Assembly (NCBI GenBank): GCA_016926735.1
Contig: JAFGOA010000228.1
Location: forward strand, 1 to 17,601
Origin: Promethearchaeota archaeon
Lineage (GTDB): Archaea > Asgardarchaeota > Lokiarchaeia > Sigyniarchaeales > SOKP01
Length of the DNA stretch: 17,601 bases
Reading direction: 5' to 3'
In this document: one piece after another, positions 15,768 through 17,601 of the stretch
How positions within the stretch are numbered: the first letter of the stretch is position 1
Layout of the letters: every line of letters starts with the position of its first letter
Program-made: the position numbers and the translations under genes
The notes under the pieces: generated by a model
Told to the model about the DNA's origin: nothing
The model's database searches: none
The model's input: only the letters and a program-made list of their open reading frames with translations

Positions 15768-17393
15768 TTATACAATATGATTAGCTTTAATATACATTGG
15801 TGCCCAATTAAGATATCCTCTTTGGTGGGATGCTTCATCTTCCATTTCAATTCTTCGAATTTCATATTCTAAATTATTATTTTTACTGACATTTTTAGCT
15901 ACTCTTACTAAACCTTTTCTCAAGAAGCTATAATCATAAGAATTTGTTTGAATAGGATCAGAGATGAGTTTAGCATATAATGGAAAAAATCTTACATGAG
16001 ATCCTTTATGACCTTTTGGACAATAATTTAATCCTTCAATATTAGGAATAATACATCCTTCATCACAGAATCGAAGATAAAAACCTCTATGATCGTTTAA
16101 TTCATGTTCCTCAACTCTAGCTACAATGAAGTCTGGTTTTATAGCACCCTTCTTAATAAGTTCATATTCCTCAACACTCTTTCTCTCTTTATTATGTTGA
16201 ATAAAATCATTGATTTTAGGACCTTTCCGAGCAACATCTTTAAATCCATATTGGACTTTTAATAAACCAGAAATACAAGTAGCTCCTGAACCATATGAGC
16301 CAAAATAAACAGTATCATTCTCATGAGCATAATTCTCAAGGATATAGACAACCTGAGCCCATACAGATGCACAATACATATTACCAAAATGCATTGGAAC
16401 GGAAAGATGAGGCAAAATTCGTTCTTTTACGCTAGAAACAACCCAGTTTGATAATTTCTCCAATTTATCTGATGAGAATCCTTTTTCTTTAAGATTTAAG
16501 TATACATATTCAGGTAAAACACTAATATCTTTTAGAAAAGAATCAAATTTTTGAAAAAGTGAGGATTTTATATGGCTTGTGTTTATTTTTAATAAGTTAT
16601 TGAGATTATTACTCCATCTTTTTTCGATTATTTGTTGTACTACCTTTAAAGGCATTTTTGAAAAGGGTGCATGAAACGCATAATAATCTGCATATATATC
16701 TCCAATATTTTTAATTAAATCATCATAAGCTTCTAATTGAAGATTTAAATAACTATCTAATGAATATTTACCAAATACTTGAGCATTCTTTTCGTTAGCA
16801 GGGCGCCAAAAATCTGTGATATTTCCAGAGACCTTGCCAAATTTTTCCCCAAACGTAGCAATTCGTGGATTTCTTGAAAGTACTAATGCTACGGCTCCTG
16901 AACCTTGTGTTGGTTCACTTGGACTTTCTAAAGGATATGATGAAATATCTGCACTTATTACTAAAGCTTTGTTAATAACACCTTTATCTATTAAAGCAAT
17001 TGCATTTAAAACCGCAAGAGTACCTCCAGCACATGCATTATAGATATCTTGGGTTAAACAATTTGATGAAACATTTAATAATTCTGCGAAAACATTTGAA
17101 ATTGATTTAACTGCATAAGTAATTGTTTCAGTACCTACAAAAATAGCATCAATTTCTTTAGGATCAATATTACCTCTAAGTAATGCATGATATCCTGCTT
17201 TTAGACCTATTGAGACTATATCTTCATCAACTTCAGGTAAACGCATTTCTTTAAGCATTAATCCTATTGTAAATTTTTCTGGATCAATGTTTCTTGCTCT
17301 TGCTAAATCTTCTAAATTAACATAGTATCTTGGAGCGTTAAACCCCATTGAATCTATGCCAATATTAGAAAATAAATAGTCATTTCCAATCAT
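15768..17393 (-). CDS. mvaS: Hydroxymethylglutaryl-CoA synthase (MvaS-like) with internal insertion and C-terminal Zn-ribbon/DUF35-like extension
   Basis: Catalytic motifs GTET (Glu), NACAGG (Cys), EPTQGSGAVA, DFWRP, FHAPF (His), GNMYCAS and FGSYGSG. At 541 aa it is much longer than typical ~350-390 aa prokaryotic enzymes. Confidence 0.92.
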   Translation of the reverse strand: MIGNDYLFSNIGIDSMGFNAPRYYVNLEDLARARNIDPEKFTIGLMLKEMRLPEVDEDIVSIGLKAGYHALLRGNIDPKEIDAIFVGTETITYAVKSISNVFAELLNVSSNCLTQDIYNACAGGTLAVLNAIALIDKGVINKALVISADISSYPLESPSEPTQGSGAVALVLSRNPRIATFGEKFGKVSGNITDFWRPANEKNAQVFGKYSLDSYLNLQLEAYDDLIKNIGDIYADYYAFHAPFSKMPLKVVQQIIEKRWSNNLNNLLKINTSHIKSSLFQKFDSFLKDISVLPEYVYLNLKEKGFSSDKLEKLSNWVVSSVKERILPHLSVPMHFGNMYCASVWAQVVYILENYAHENDTVYFGSYGSGATCISGLLKVQYGFKDVARKGPKINDFIQHNKERKSVEEYELIKKGAIKPDFIVARVEEHELNDHRGFYLRFCDEGCIIPNIEGLNYCPKGHKGSHVRFFPLYAKLISDPIQTNSYDYSFLRKGLVRVAKNVSKNNNLEYEIRRIEMEDEASHQRGYLNWAPMYIKANHIV

Positions 17394-17601
17394 TATAATT
17401 CATATCTTAGAAAATATGGTTAATTTTAAGTAGTTTTGGTGTTAATTTTTATTAAATTAATAATAATTTAATGTTAATGAGTAAAAAAAAACAGCTTCCT
17501 ATTTAATTCTTACGTCGATTATTTTTTCGAGACGATTCATATTGTTAGAAATATCATAAAAATTTTACAATTTTATATTAAAACTTATAATGTTTGATTA
17601 C

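Noticed and set aside
16816-17043. 75-aa plus-strand ORF
   Set aside because: It is antisense to HMG-CoA synthase.
1-17601. CRISPR arrays, tRNA or rRNA genes
   Set aside because: No regularly spaced repeats and no GC-rich structured RNA-like segments were seen. The intergenic regions are uniformly AT-rich.

Overview
Very AT-rich archaeal DNA, most likely from an Asgard archaeon (Lokiarchaeia-like). This assignment is an inference from the divergent EF-2 sequence, an Asgard-style Ig module and the mevalonate genes. The largest gene is missing from the ORF track because it runs off the left edge. By manual translation, minus-strand <1..4506 is open for 1502 codons and encodes a signal peptide, two tandem gingipain-like C25 peptidase domains (the first lacks the catalytic Cys), four CARDB domains and the start of a cohesin-like domain. 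About 5 kb away is a secreted GH10 xylanase with FN3, CBM3, Ig-like and dockerin modules, plus an orphan second dockerin cassette. Together these suggest a cohesin-dockerin (cellulosome-like) extracellular assembly in an archaeon. The right end carries core genes: HMG-CoA synthase with a fused Zn-ribbon/DUF35-like tail, class II HMG-CoA reductase and kptA. The region between is full of decayed genes: an IS630 transposase relic, a HIT relic, a truncated EF-2, a DUF6144-like gene broken by one TAA, and a possible YoaP-like tail. It also holds an uncalled 10-Cys desulforedoxin-like miniprotein. All domain calls come from motif recognition by eye, not from database searches.
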